In this document: positions 37,077 to 47,562 of the stretch, one piece after another
How positions within the stretch are numbered: position 1 is the stretch's first letter
How the letters are laid out: each line of letters opens with the position of its first letter
Assembly (NCBI GenBank): GCA_015063985.1
Contig: SVTC01000008.1
Location: 8,324 to 72,323 of the forward strand
DNA length: 64,000 nt
DNA from: Oscillospiraceae bacterium
GTDB lineage: Bacteria; Bacillota; Clostridia; Oscillospirales; SIG627
Reading direction: 5' to 3'
The notes under the pieces: generated by a model
Told to the model about the DNA's origin: nothing
The model's database searches: none
What the model saw: the letters and a program-made list of their open reading frames with translations, nothing else
Translations under genes and position numbers: made by a program

Positions 37077-38894
37077 ATGAATTCAAGCTTCTTTTCATAC
37101 AGAATTTTTGATAAAAAAGGCAAAAGCATCACAGTTTCCGGAAAAAGCGAGCTTTCGGGCGAAAAGGAAAGCTTTAGTTATTCTTATTTATCGGATGCAA
37201 TTAAAGATTTCCCCGAAGACGGCTCGGTATTTAAGATAGCTCTTTTCAAAGAAATTCCAAGCAAAATAAAAGAGCTTGCAAAAACCGAATACAAGGATCA
37301 CCAAGAAGCCTATTGCATTTTGGCAAGCAAAGAAGAAAACGCAATATATCTTTATTCCCCCACCGATCGCGGTCTGATCTACGCTGCGGCAACTCTTATC
37401 AGACTTTCCGGCTCAAAGGAATTAACAGACGAGCTTTTTATTTACGACCATCCCGATATGGACGTGCGCGGTTACAGAGTTTACACCCCCGGCAGAGAAA
37501 ACATTCCCACCTTTAAGGCAATGATCGACAAGCTTTTATACTACAAATACAACTCGATCATCATCGAAGTGGGCGGAGCAATGGAATATAAGCGTCACCC
37601 CGAAATAAACGAAAAATGGGTGGAATTTTGCGCAGAGATTGGTGTCAGCCCCGAGGTGGCGGACACAATACAGAGAAAAACCTATCCTTGGAGAAAGGAT
37701 TCCATACATTTTGAAAACGGCGAGGGCGGATATATCAGCCAAGAGGAAATGAAGGATATTGTGGATTATTGCAAAAAGCGCGGATTTGACGTGATCCCCG
37801 AAGTCCCCTCTTTAAGCCACGCGGACTATATTGTGAGAGCCTTCCCGCAGCTTAACGAAAGAATTGCTGATCGCTATCCCGATACCTACTGCCCCTCCAA
37901 TCCTTTAAGCTATGAAATTCTTTTTGATATAATCGACGAGGTTTTGGAGGTTTTCCGCCCCAAGCACTTAAACATCGGCCACGACGAATATTACACTGCG
38001 GCAAAGTGCCCGCTGTGCAAGGGAAAATCCCCTGTTGATCTTTACGTTGGAGATATAATCAAGATCAACGATTATTTGAAAACCAAGGGCGTTAAGGCTC
38101 TTATGTGGGCTGACAAATTTTTTGCAGGCAAGGACGGCCAAAACGGAGAGCCGGAAAAGGACGTGCCCGATCTGATCGGATGCCGCGGAAAAGTTCCCAC
38201 GGATATCACCCTTTTAAACTGGGCTTGGCCCGGCGAAGACCACAGCCAAGAGGAGCTTTTGGCGAAAATGGGCTACAAGATGACCTTTGGCAATTTCGAC
38301 GCCATCTCAAGACCCAAATACCGCGAGGGAGTTCATCTGCACAACGGAGGCTTCGTTTCCAACTGGGGCTCACCCGAGGAAAAATATATGCAAAGAAACC
38401 TGCAAAACTTTTGGCTTTTGAACACAGCCTACGTTTTTTGGAGCAAGGATTACACCAATGACCAAGCCCCGATGCTTTTGGAAAAGGTGAAAACGGAGCT
38501 TTACACATCCTATAAAAACAGCTTGGGCGATTCGGTGATCGAGATCTGCCACACCACCGATACGGATAAAAAATATATTTGGTTCTGGTGCGGTATATTT
38601 ATTGTGGATTCCGATTGGCATATCGGAGATCACACCGTCAACTATACCGACGGCACAAAAGCAAATCTCCCCGTTATATACGGCTACAATATCCGCCAAA
38701 GCCAAGCTTCAAAAGAAGAGGGTATCAAAGAAAAGCTGGAATATAAAAGGCTGGAGCCGATGGGCGCCTCTTACCCGTTTTTGGAGGACGGCAAGCTTTG
38801 GTACAAGGCGGCGTACAAAAATCCATATCCGAATAAGACAATTGAGTCCATCACCCCTGCAGAGGGTGTCTTGATAAAAGAGGTGCAAAAATGA
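37077..38894 (+). CDS. glycoside hydrolase, GH20-like (putative beta-N-acetylhexosaminidase family)
   Basis: DHPDMDVRGY, VIPEVPSLSHADY and LNIGHDEY parallel the GH20 motifs (RG..LD, PEID.PGH, H.GGDE). The assignment is by eye. Confidence 0.5.
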   Translation: MNSSFFSYRIFDKKGKSITVSGKSELSGEKESFSYSYLSDAIKDFPEDGSVFKIALFKEIPSKIKELAKTEYKDHQEAYCILASKEENAIYLYSPTDRGLIYAAATLIRLSGSKELTDELFIYDHPDMDVRGYRVYTPGRENIPTFKAMIDKLLYYKYNSIIIEVGGAMEYKRHPEINEKWVEFCAEIGVSPEVADTIQRKTYPWRKDSIHFENGEGGYISQEEMKDIVDYCKKRGFDVIPEVPSLSHADYIVRAFPQLNERIADRYPDTYCPSNPLSYEILFDIIDEVLEVFRPKHLNIGHDEYYTAAKCPLCKGKSPVDLYVGDIIKINDYLKTKGVKALMWADKFFAGKDGQNGEPEKDVPDLIGCRGKVPTDITLLNWAWPGEDHSQEELLAKMGYKMTFGNFDAISRPKYREGVHLHNGGFVSNWGSPEEKYMQRNLQNFWLLNTAYVFWSKDYTNDQAPMLLEKVKTELYTSYKNSLGDSVIEICHTTDTDKKYIWFWCGIFIVDSDWHIGDHTVNYTDGTKANLPVIYGYNIRQSQASKEEGIKEKLEYKRLEPMGASYPFLEDGKLWYKAAYKNPYPNKTIESITPAEGVLIKEVQK

Positions 38895-39673
38895 AAAAGA
38901 AGATTAAGCTGGTCCTTATCGGCGGTCAGTCCAACGCGGTGGGATGCACAATGACGGAAAGTCTGGACGAAAAACACAAAGGAAAAGAATTTGAAAGGGT
39001 CTGCCTCTACCAGGAAGGCAACTTCACCGCCGAGGCAAAACACAAAATCATTCCCAAAATAACTCTCGGAATGGGCTGCAAGCCCCACCAGATGGGAATT
39101 GAATACGGAATTTCCCAAATTCTCAACGAGCTTGACGGCGCCTTCGGTCTCATCAGATTTGCCTACGGCGGAACGGATCTCGGCTTTCATTGGCAAACGG
39201 AATTTGAGAAAATTCCCGAAACAGTGGAGGACAAGGGTTACTGCTACCACGAATTTGTGGGCACTGTAAAGCGCGGTTTAGCCGAGTTTACCAAGGCGGG
39301 CTACGACTTTGAAATTCTCGGAATGGTCTGGATGCAGGGAGAATCGGACACCAACAAGACCCTTTCCCAAGCCGAGTGTTACGAAAGCAATTTGAAAAAG
39401 CTCTTTACCGCAATACGAAGAAAGCTTGAGCTTCCCGAGCTTAAGATCATTGTAGGGGGCATATCCACCAATCCTCCCCTTGCACCCTTTTCCGATATCG
39501 TCCGCCAAAAGCAGAAGGACTATTGCACTAAGGATCAATTTGCGATCTACGTTGACAACACCGATATCCCCATCGGAAGGGACGGCTGGCACTATGAAGG
39601 CAACGAGGATCTTGAGCTGGGAAAAAGATTCGGAAAATACATTAAGGACTATTTACTGCGAGGTAAAAAATGA
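38891..39673 (+). CDS. SGNH/SASA-type carbohydrate esterase (sialate O-acetylesterase-like)
   Basis: GGQSNAVG nucleophile block and WMQGESD block. Start overlaps the upstream stop. Confidence 0.7.
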   Translation: MKKKIKLVLIGGQSNAVGCTMTESLDEKHKGKEFERVCLYQEGNFTAEAKHKIIPKITLGMGCKPHQMGIEYGISQILNELDGAFGLIRFAYGGTDLGFHWQTEFEKIPETVEDKGYCYHEFVGTVKRGLAEFTKAGYDFEILGMVWMQGESDTNKTLSQAECYESNLKKLFTAIRRKLELPELKIIVGGISTNPPLAPFSDIVRQKQKDYCTKDQFAIYVDNTDIPIGRDGWHYEGNEDLELGKRFGKYIKDYLLRGKK

Positions 39674-42348
39674 AAAGCTTAAAGGCTTACGTTGTAAACC
39701 ACGGTCACATGGATATCGAATGGTATCAACCGCTGACGGTCTTTGGCGAATGGTTTTGCCAAAGCATTGATATGCTGGAAAAGATAGCCGAAAAGGAGCC
39801 CGATTACAAATGCTACGTCTACGACGGTGTGGTTTTCCCCGTTTTATATGCAATGGAAAAGGACAAAAAACTGAAAGAAAAGGTCAGAAAGCTTTTGGAT
39901 TCAAAAAAGCTCAGGCTCGGACCCTTCTACACTCAGTTCGACGAATTTTTGGCCTGCGGAGAAAGCATTATAAAAAACTGTCTTTGGGGAGACAGACTGT
40001 GCCGCAAGCTTGCCGCTTCTCCCATGAAGGCGGGATATCTTCTTGACAACTTCGGTCATCCCGCTCAGCTCAGCCAGATACTTAACAATTTCAAAATAAA
40101 GAGCTTGTTTTTCTCCAGAGGAATGTGCGACGTCCAAGACAACGTGAAGGAATTTTTGTTCTGCTCTCCCGACGGATCTCAGGTGGTGGCTCAAAACTTC
40201 AGCTACGGCTCTTCCTTTAAGATCTACGAAAACAACTCCCCTATCCCCGGAAATCCAAATCTTATGCCCTACTACAACTTTGGCGGCTACGGCTACGGGA
40301 CATACGAGTATCTCTGCGATCTTTCAAAGCATAAAGATCACAAAGGCATCGCAGAGCAGTTGATCGAGGGAGTTAAAAATGCGGCGCGCTTTTATCCCAC
40401 GGGAATAATTCCACTTTTTGTCGGCGCAGATCACTGTCCGCCCCAAGAGGGGATCACAAAAACTCTTAAATTGGCAAACGAAATGCAGGACGAAATAGAA
40501 TTTATCTTTTCCGACGCCGAGGAGCTATCCGAGGTCCTTGCAAAGGAAAGCAAGGTCCTTCCCCGCCACAGAGGTGACCTTTTGGGCTCTAAGTTCGACA
40601 GACTGCTTTTTGGAGCTACAACCACAAGAATCTATCTTAAGCAGGATATGTATAACTCGGAGCATCTTCTTTTTGCTTACGCTTTACCCCTTAAAGCCTA
40701 CGAGAAAAGGCTTGGGTATGAGATAAATTCAGCCGACACGGAAGAAGCAACCGAGCTTTTGCTTTTAAATTCCACCCACGACAGCATCCACGGCTCGAGC
40801 CTGGATTGCGTGCACAGAGAGAACCGTTACCGCTTTGACAAAGCCGCCCAGCTTTGCGCGGGAGCTATTCATAAAGCCTTAGACAATATCTCAAAGCAGC
40901 TTAAAAGCAAGGAGGGCTACGAGGAATTCACAGTATTCTCTCCCAGAGGCGGCGAAGACTATATAAGCGTTTGGCTTCCCACCGAAAGCTGTGATATTGA
41001 GATCACGGACTCCGAAAACAGAATTTACAATGCCACTCTCGCACCGAAAAAAGAAATGCTTTACAACGCCAAAAACCAGCCCTATTACCTGTCACCCACC
41101 GGAGACGTCCAAAGAGAATGGCTATTTAAGGCAAAGCTCGGTATGGGAGAGGTAAAGAAATTTTATTACCGCAAAAAAGAAAACCGCCTCTGCGAATATG
41201 AAAACGAAGAGAAAGCTTTCATCGAAAACGAGTTTTATTCCCTCTCGATAGAAAATGGAAAGCTTGTTTTCACAGATCTTGAAAAGAATATCAAAGCAAA
41301 GGGCTTTCTTCGTTTTATCGAGGAGGCGGAAACGGGAGACAGCTTTGACCATTCATCGCCCTGGGCAGAAGCCGAAAGCTACGATTCCGAGAGCTTTGAT
41401 TTGAGTGATATAAAAGCCCTTGACTGCCCCGCCTACCAAGAGCTGAAGGCAAAATGCGTTATGACTGTTCCTCTTGACACGATAGGCGACCTCCGCTCAA
41501 AATCATTTGTCGATATGCCGATATCCCTCTGCTTCAAGCTTTGGAAAGGAGTTAAGCGGCTGGATATCAAGATCAAGCTTTCCAACCGCGCCACCAATCA
41601 CAGAGTAAGAGCCTTTTTCTGCCTTCCCCATTGCTTTAAAGAGGTAAAGGCGAAGGAAAGCTTCTGTACGGAGAGCTTTGGATTAAGCCGTCCGCCCATG
41701 ACCGAGGGCTGGAAGGAAGCCCACACAAAGGAGCTTCCATTCAGAGATTATCTGAGCTTATGCACCGAGAAAATCGGCTATACAGTCTGCGCAAAAGGAC
41801 TCTACGCCTTCGAGCCAATTGACCAAAACACCGTTGCCTTCACACTTTTCAGAGGCGTATCGGAGCTTATGAGAATAAACATAAAAAGCCGTTCAAGCTG
41901 TTGTATGTCGGGAATACCCGTCCCCGAGGCTCAGTGTCTGGGAGATATGAATTTTGAATTTTCTCTTTTCACCCACGAGCTTTCGGCATCGGATCACCGG
42001 ATCAAAACTGCCTCGGACAGCTTCATTTATCCCCCCTTGGCACATTCTATCAGAAGAAGCCAAAATTCCGATTCCGAGCTCTCTTCCTTCACTCCATTTA
42101 AATTTATTGACAATTCTTCCTTCGTTCTTTCCCTTTTTGATCTTTCTTATGATAAAAAGCACTACGTTTTGCGCTTTTACGAAATAAATTCCAAAGCAAA
42201 AAAAGCAAAACTCGACCTTTCCCTCTTTAAGAAAGTGTACCTCTCCGATATGAACGAAAACCCCGTGCAAGAATTAGTCACGGTTGACGGAATTTTGGAA
42301 TTGGACGTTTCAAATAACAAGATAGTCACACTTTTATTGGAAAAATAA
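39670..42348 (+). CDS. glycoside hydrolase family 38 alpha-mannosidase
   Basis: VVNHGHMDIEW (the H.H.D..W metal site) and NSTHDSIHGSS. About 890 aa, as in bacterial GH38 enzymes. Confidence 0.8.
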   Translation: MKSLKAYVVNHGHMDIEWYQPLTVFGEWFCQSIDMLEKIAEKEPDYKCYVYDGVVFPVLYAMEKDKKLKEKVRKLLDSKKLRLGPFYTQFDEFLACGESIIKNCLWGDRLCRKLAASPMKAGYLLDNFGHPAQLSQILNNFKIKSLFFSRGMCDVQDNVKEFLFCSPDGSQVVAQNFSYGSSFKIYENNSPIPGNPNLMPYYNFGGYGYGTYEYLCDLSKHKDHKGIAEQLIEGVKNAARFYPTGIIPLFVGADHCPPQEGITKTLKLANEMQDEIEFIFSDAEELSEVLAKESKVLPRHRGDLLGSKFDRLLFGATTTRIYLKQDMYNSEHLLFAYALPLKAYEKRLGYEINSADTEEATELLLLNSTHDSIHGSSLDCVHRENRYRFDKAAQLCAGAIHKALDNISKQLKSKEGYEEFTVFSPRGGEDYISVWLPTESCDIEITDSENRIYNATLAPKKEMLYNAKNQPYYLSPTGDVQREWLFKAKLGMGEVKKFYYRKKENRLCEYENEEKAFIENEFYSLSIENGKLVFTDLEKNIKAKGFLRFIEEAETGDSFDHSSPWAEAESYDSESFDLSDIKALDCPAYQELKAKCVMTVPLDTIGDLRSKSFVDMPISLCFKLWKGVKRLDIKIKLSNRATNHRVRAFFCLPHCFKEVKAKESFCTESFGLSRPPMTEGWKEAHTKELPFRDYLSLCTEKIGYTVCAKGLYAFEPIDQNTVAFTLFRGVSELMRINIKSRSSCCMSGIPVPEAQCLGDMNFEFSLFTHELSASDHRIKTASDSFIYPPLAHSIRRSQNSDSELSSFTPFKFIDNSSFVLSLFDLSYDKKHYVLRFYEINSKAKKAKLDLSLFKKVYLSDMNENPVQELVTVDGILELDVSNNKIVTLLLEK

Positions 42349-42355
42349 AGAGGAT

Positions 42356-45202
42356 ATGAATATGATAAAAACAAAGCAGGAGCTGAATTCAGGCTGGTTT
42401 GCCATACCCGAAAAGGAGAACTGCCAAGACAAGAAGGAGTATTATCTTTCCTTTGATGAAAAAGCCTGCACCGAGACAAATATCCCCGCATTGGTAAAGG
42501 ATCTCTTTCCCAAGGCGAGCACGGCAATTTGGTATTACAAACGCTTTAACTATTCTCTTTTACCCGACAAGGATCATAGGATCTATTTGGAGTTTCAGAA
42601 GGTCATCAGCCTTTGCGAGGCTTGGGTAAACGGAATTTACGTTGGAAAGCACCTCCACTCCGAGGAAAAGTTTTCTTTCGACGTAACAGACGCACTTAAA
42701 GAGGGAGAAAACCTCGTTGCTTTAAGAGTCTACGGCCCCGTTTGGGGAAAGGACGGCGAAGAAGGAATTTCCATGCAGACCATGCCGAATTTTGCTCAGG
42801 TCTACAGCTACTACACAGTGATACCCCTGACGGGAATTTATGAAAAGGTTTCGCTTGTGAAAAAGCCACTTTGCTCGGTTAAGGATCTTTACATAAACCC
42901 CGACGTCAAATCAAAGACGGTAACAGTTGAGCTGACTTTGGAAAACAAAAGCAGCCAAAACGAAAGTATCGAAGCGGATTTTGAGATCTATGACAAGGGA
43001 AGTCTTATATCTTCCCTTTCAAAAGCCTTTTCGGTAAAAGGCGAAGGCTGCCTGACAGAGTATGTGACACTGGAGATGGAGGATATCCGCCTTTGGTCTC
43101 CCGACGATCCTTATCTCTACAGCATCAACGTTTCCGTTAAAACCAAATCAACAAAAGAAACAAAGCAAAAGCGCTTTGGCTTTAAAAGCCTTTATATCAA
43201 AGACGGATGGTTTATTTTAAACGGCAAACGGATATTTCTCACCTGCGCCCACTCTATAGAAGGAAAAGATGCCGTTGTTCACGCAAAGACCATGGGCTTC
43301 AAGGCACTGCGTTATCTCAGCGCAATGCCCTCGGAGGAGCTTTTGGATTTCTGCGACGAGATAGGAATGTTAGTATACGAGGAGTGCGCCGCGGCTTGGG
43401 GAATGCAGGATTATCCCGATATGCCCCGACATATGTCAGAATACCTTGACAATATGATGTGCCGCGACAGAAGCCATGTTTGTGTGGGAATATGGGGGAT
43501 CTTCAACGAGCAGGCGGGCCCCAACAAAAATATGAAAAGCAGAAGGCTCTCCGACACCTCGAAGGTCTTTGATTTTGCGGTGAGCTATCTTGCTCAAATG
43601 CGCCGATTGGACGACACGAGGTTGATCCTTCTTTCCTCGGGAAGGTGGGATGCCCGCGCGGATATCGGAAGCTTTTCCAACCCCGGTTCAAAAATTTGGA
43701 ACTGCGGTTGGGGAAAGGAAAGCCCCGATTTTAAAAACTCAGAATTTGAAAAAGCCCATCGGGATATCGATCCTTATATCGAGGGCTTGGGAGATAATCA
43801 CGTTTATCCCACCGTTCCCATTCAAAATAAGGTCCGCGATTTTATCAGAACCATCGGAGAAAACACAAAGCCCGTTTTCTTAAGCGAATACGGAGTAGGA
43901 GCTCAATTTGAGCTTTACGATCTTTTTATTGAGCAAAAGAAAAAAAGCCACAAGGATCATCCCTCGCTCTCCTATTACAGTATCCAGATAGAACGTATGG
44001 AGGAATGGATAAAAAAATATTCTCTGGAAAAGATCTACCCCACCCCCAGAGATTTCCTGATGGCTTCCATTTGCTCTCTTTCACGGCAAAGAAGAGAAAG
44101 CATTGATCCGATCCGCGCAAATCCCAAGCTCTGCGGCTACAGTATGACAAGCTTTTCCGTAAGCAACGAGGGCGTATATTACCGCTCCGATGCTCTGATC
44201 CCCGGCATTGCGGACGCATTGAGAGACAGCTTTGCGCCATTGAAATGGTCTGTTTTTATGGATCAAACTCAGCTCTATTCCAACACCCCCTTCGAGGTGG
44301 AAGCGGTTTTGTGCAACGAGGATCTTTTACCTGCGGGCGAATACAATGCTCTGCTTTCCGTCAGCGGAAGTAAAGGGGTGGTCTTCACTAAGGAATATTG
44401 CTTTAATTATCCCGATAATAAGCCTCTTGCCGCTTCGGTGATCAAAGACACGCTCCCGGGGCTTCCCGCGGATAAATACAGCCTTTCACTGCACCTCAAG
44501 GGCGAAAAACAGCCCACCTGCTCAAATAAGAGCTTTTGTGTCCACGAGCTTTCAAAGCTACCGCCGCTAAACGGAAGCTTTTATATCTTCGGGAAAGCGG
44601 GAGCGGTGAAAGATCTTCTGTTGAAGCACGAAATGAAGCTCAGCCCATCGGCAAAGAAAGCCGACGTCATCATCGTCGGTATTCTTCCTTCCGATCCCTT
44701 CCAAAGAAAAGAGATCCTGGACTTAGCCTTCCAAGGAAAGAAAACACTTGTTTTGGATCACGGCTTTTGGGAATCGGCTAACACCTCGACGCAGGGCTTT
44801 ATGCAATCGGTGGAATATTCCTCTCAGGGCACAGACGAGCTTGCAAAGATTTTCGGAAGCTGCATCTACGTCCGAAATTGGCTCTATCATCTTGACAGTT
44901 ACGTTGCCGACAACAGAATCTTCGAGGGGCTTTGCAATGCGGGACTTTTGGATATGGATGAGTTCAGACTTGTTTATCCCGACCGCTATCTGACCGAAAC
45001 CGAAGCTCCGAAAAAGACCTTTTGCGCATCCTTCGGAAGCGGTCTTTTTGCCAAAGACAATTGCATTTCGGCTCTGACCATGGGAGAATTCGATTTCGGA
45101 AAGGGCTCTGTGACGGTCAGCACCTTCAAGCTCATTGAAAATGCACTGAAGGATCCCGTTGCAGACCGCCTGATTTATAACCTTCTTAAATATCTTACAT
45201 AA
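42356..45202 (+). CDS. glycoside hydrolase family 2 protein
   Basis: GH2 sugar-binding region (WYYKRF......RIYLEF..V...CEAWVNG.YVG.H) and FDVTD.L..GEN..A.RV. TIM barrel with WGIFNE (acid/base NE). Confidence 0.8.
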   Translation: MNMIKTKQELNSGWFAIPEKENCQDKKEYYLSFDEKACTETNIPALVKDLFPKASTAIWYYKRFNYSLLPDKDHRIYLEFQKVISLCEAWVNGIYVGKHLHSEEKFSFDVTDALKEGENLVALRVYGPVWGKDGEEGISMQTMPNFAQVYSYYTVIPLTGIYEKVSLVKKPLCSVKDLYINPDVKSKTVTVELTLENKSSQNESIEADFEIYDKGSLISSLSKAFSVKGEGCLTEYVTLEMEDIRLWSPDDPYLYSINVSVKTKSTKETKQKRFGFKSLYIKDGWFILNGKRIFLTCAHSIEGKDAVVHAKTMGFKALRYLSAMPSEELLDFCDEIGMLVYEECAAAWGMQDYPDMPRHMSEYLDNMMCRDRSHVCVGIWGIFNEQAGPNKNMKSRRLSDTSKVFDFAVSYLAQMRRLDDTRLILLSSGRWDARADIGSFSNPGSKIWNCGWGKESPDFKNSEFEKAHRDIDPYIEGLGDNHVYPTVPIQNKVRDFIRTIGENTKPVFLSEYGVGAQFELYDLFIEQKKKSHKDHPSLSYYSIQIERMEEWIKKYSLEKIYPTPRDFLMASICSLSRQRRESIDPIRANPKLCGYSMTSFSVSNEGVYYRSDALIPGIADALRDSFAPLKWSVFMDQTQLYSNTPFEVEAVLCNEDLLPAGEYNALLSVSGSKGVVFTKEYCFNYPDNKPLAASVIKDTLPGLPADKYSLSLHLKGEKQPTCSNKSFCVHELSKLPPLNGSFYIFGKAGAVKDLLLKHEMKLSPSAKKADVIIVGILPSDPFQRKEILDLAFQGKKTLVLDHGFWESANTSTQGFMQSVEYSSQGTDELAKIFGSCIYVRNWLYHLDSYVADNRIFEGLCNAGLLDMDEFRLVYPDRYLTETEAPKKTFCASFGSGLFAKDNCISALTMGEFDFGKGSVTVSTFKLIENALKDPVADRLIYNLLKYLT

Positions 45203-45250
45203 AAAAACGGCTGATAAAGTGCTGTATTGCGCTCTATCAGCCATTATTCT
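45202..45250. terminator. bidirectional terminator
   Basis: Hairpin GGCTGATA...TATCAGCC (45209-45242). Flanked by an A-run on the left and ATTATTCTTT on the right. Confidence 0.5.
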
Positions 45251-45343
45251 TTATAAAACTCCGTTTGCTCTCATCACAAGCACTGCAGCCGCAAGAATTA
45301 TATACGCCACGGCAAGAATGGATATCACCAGTCTGTTTTTCAT
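45251..45343 (-). CDS. possible 30-aa single-pass membrane peptide, translationally coupled
   Basis: ATG at 45343-45341 overlaps the TGA of the upstream gene (ATGA). It encodes MKNRLVISILAVAYIILAAAVLVMRANGVL. Too short for the ORF track. Confidence 0.35.
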   Translation of the reverse strand: MKNRLVISILAVAYIILAAAVLVMRANGVL

Positions 45344-47562
45344 TTCAGCGTCAGTGCCTCCAAAGCCCCAAGCTCGGTTCTTGCGATCTCGCTGAGCCTT
45401 TCCAGATCAAAGAATACTATCTCCTTTTCGCCAAGGCAGTAAAGAGTATCCTCCACCCAGACGCCTCTTGTGTCGCTCTGTTCTCTTATATCCACCACCG
45501 CCAGAGGCACGAATCCCGACTCATCATAGCTGAAAAGATGATAGCCGTTTCTGCCGGCAAAGCCGATAAGATTCTTACCGCTGTCGCAAAGGATCGCCTT
45601 ATGATTATAGGTTGCGGCGGAATAGTATTCACCCTTTACGGAGTACACCGCAAGCTCGGTAAGCTCCGACGACGATGAAACGTCAAACATACTGAGCTTT
45701 AAAAATCTCTCCTCGTCAAAGCCGAAGCCCAGAAGCAGGCCCTCGCCGTAGGACTGCAGATAAGCCGAGTAGCCCGGGATCTTCAGCTCGCTTTTTATAA
45801 CGGGCTTCAAGGGATCGGAAAGATCGGCGCAAAACAGAGGATCCACCTCAAGATAGGTCACAAAGTAACAAAGCTCCTTATCAAAGCGCACCGATTTAAG
45901 CTGCTCGTCGGGCGCAAGGTTCTTTATCGAGGAGACCTCCGAAAGAGTCATATCAAGAATAAACAAGGCGTTGTCGCTTTCCCAATCAATGGACTCCGAG
46001 AGCTTAAACCTGACACCGCGGTACTCTATCACCTCAAGGTAAGTATCAGAGAAAGCGCTGCCTATGACGTCAACGGCGCTGTAAGGCTCCACCCTCTGAG
46101 TTATTCTGTTGCGGTTTGTGACCACTCTCAGATAACCGTTATATTCATCAAGAGAGAACTGATCGTCGTAAAAGCCCGACACCCTGCCTTGGGCGGCAAG
46201 CTCAAGCTCACCGTCGGTATATGCCACACGTGTGATATAGCTGTACTTCTCGCTGATAAACTCCATTGCGGCACTGTCCACCCATTCACTGCGGGTCTTA
46301 TCCAGAACGTAGATATTGCTCTCGCTTACGTAAAGCTCGCTTCCCGCGCCGACTATGCAAAGCTTATCCTTTATCTCGGCTGTGCTTGCATCGTAGGAAA
46401 GAAGGTTGATATAGGCTCTTGAGCCGTGATCCTGAGCAATGTAGATACTGTCCGCCTCCACACAGCTTACGCTCTCGCCGTCGGTATAGCTGGGGACAAA
46501 GCTCACGGGGGAGCTTTTTTCAATGTCGCTGAATTTTTCTTTGGTAACTATATAGACGTAGCCGTCCTTCATCCTGCTGCTGACCAGCTCTCCGGATATA
46601 CCGGCAAAATGAATCTGCTTGGGCTCCTCTCCGATGCTTACGTCCACAACTCTCAGGCTAACGCTTTGAGCGATCCTTTCCATGCGATAGTAGCAAGGAA
46701 TACCCATATCGTTGTAAAGCCCCTGGTCGTGAAGATAGTCCTCAAGAGGTATCTTGGGCTCGGAGATGGAATTATACTGCTCCGTATACATATTTTCAAG
46801 GCTTTGAAACTTTTTTATTTCATTATTGTCCACGCCCTTTTCCGTATAGGTGCAGGAATAGTTCTTTTCAAGAATATAGAGCTTATTTTCGTAAAGATAC
46901 ATATCAAAGGGCAGGCTTCTTTCAACTTTAAGCCCTTCCTTTACGGTAGTGCCGACAGAGTACCTTTTCACGGCCCCCGTTTGTGCGGAGGTATCGATAA
47001 TATAAAGCTCGCCGTTTCTCAAAAGGTATATACGGTCCCCGTCGGTCTTGACTATATCCGCCTCGTCCACTCCTTGGTACTGAAGGTTAGTGTCGGAATG
47101 CTCCTTGTCCTCTTCATTTTCGCTCGGAGCATCAAGAGTGGGATATCTGTCTGCGGGCTCTGTGGGAGCTCCCGCTATTGTTTGCCCCGGCAAAACCTGA
47201 TCCGTTTCCCCGTCGACAAGGTCCCCGACCGATGAGTTTTCCTCCTTTGAGGTGCCGTCGGTAAAACGGTCAAGGTATTTATACTCCACCTTATCAAGAG
47301 GTGCGGAAAGATAGTTGTATATACTGTCGTAATCCTCGGCAACCGCAGGCGGCAAAATCTCGTTTGGAAGGCCTGCAGGCCTTGTGTTAAAAAGTCCCGC
47401 CGACGCAAGAGCTCCAAAGCAAATGCAAAGAGCAAGGCAGGCGCAAAGAGCGGCCACGGCACTAAATCTGCTTTTCTTTTTTCTACGTGCCGTTTCCATA
47501 AGTCTGTCGCTGTCGGGACAGACCGCATCAAAGGATGCTTTTATCTCATCAGAAAGCTTCAT
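45340..47562 (-). CDS. membrane-anchored beta-propeller domain protein, putative anti-sigma / sigma-associated factor
   Basis: Start at ATG 47562 (MKLSDEIKASF...) overlaps the end of the sigma gene. One TM (FSAVAALCACLALCICFGALA). The long extracellular part resembles the secreted beta-propeller family (DGDRIY..., LSMFDVS). The track ORF extends falsely to 47799. Confidence 0.7.
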   Translation of the reverse strand: MKLSDEIKASFDAVCPDSDRLMETARRKKKSRFSAVAALCACLALCICFGALASAGLFNTRPAGLPNEILPPAVAEDYDSIYNYLSAPLDKVEYKYLDRFTDGTSKEENSSVGDLVDGETDQVLPGQTIAGAPTEPADRYPTLDAPSENEEDKEHSDTNLQYQGVDEADIVKTDGDRIYLLRNGELYIIDTSAQTGAVKRYSVGTTVKEGLKVERSLPFDMYLYENKLYILEKNYSCTYTEKGVDNNEIKKFQSLENMYTEQYNSISEPKIPLEDYLHDQGLYNDMGIPCYYRMERIAQSVSLRVVDVSIGEEPKQIHFAGISGELVSSRMKDGYVYIVTKEKFSDIEKSSPVSFVPSYTDGESVSCVEADSIYIAQDHGSRAYINLLSYDASTAEIKDKLCIVGAGSELYVSESNIYVLDKTRSEWVDSAAMEFISEKYSYITRVAYTDGELELAAQGRVSGFYDDQFSLDEYNGYLRVVTNRNRITQRVEPYSAVDVIGSAFSDTYLEVIEYRGVRFKLSESIDWESDNALFILDMTLSEVSSIKNLAPDEQLKSVRFDKELCYFVTYLEVDPLFCADLSDPLKPVIKSELKIPGYSAYLQSYGEGLLLGFGFDEERFLKLSMFDVSSSSELTELAVYSVKGEYYSAATYNHKAILCDSGKNLIGFAGRNGYHLFSYDESGFVPLAVVDIREQSDTRGVWVEDTLYCLGEKEIVFFDLERLSEIARTELGALEALTLK

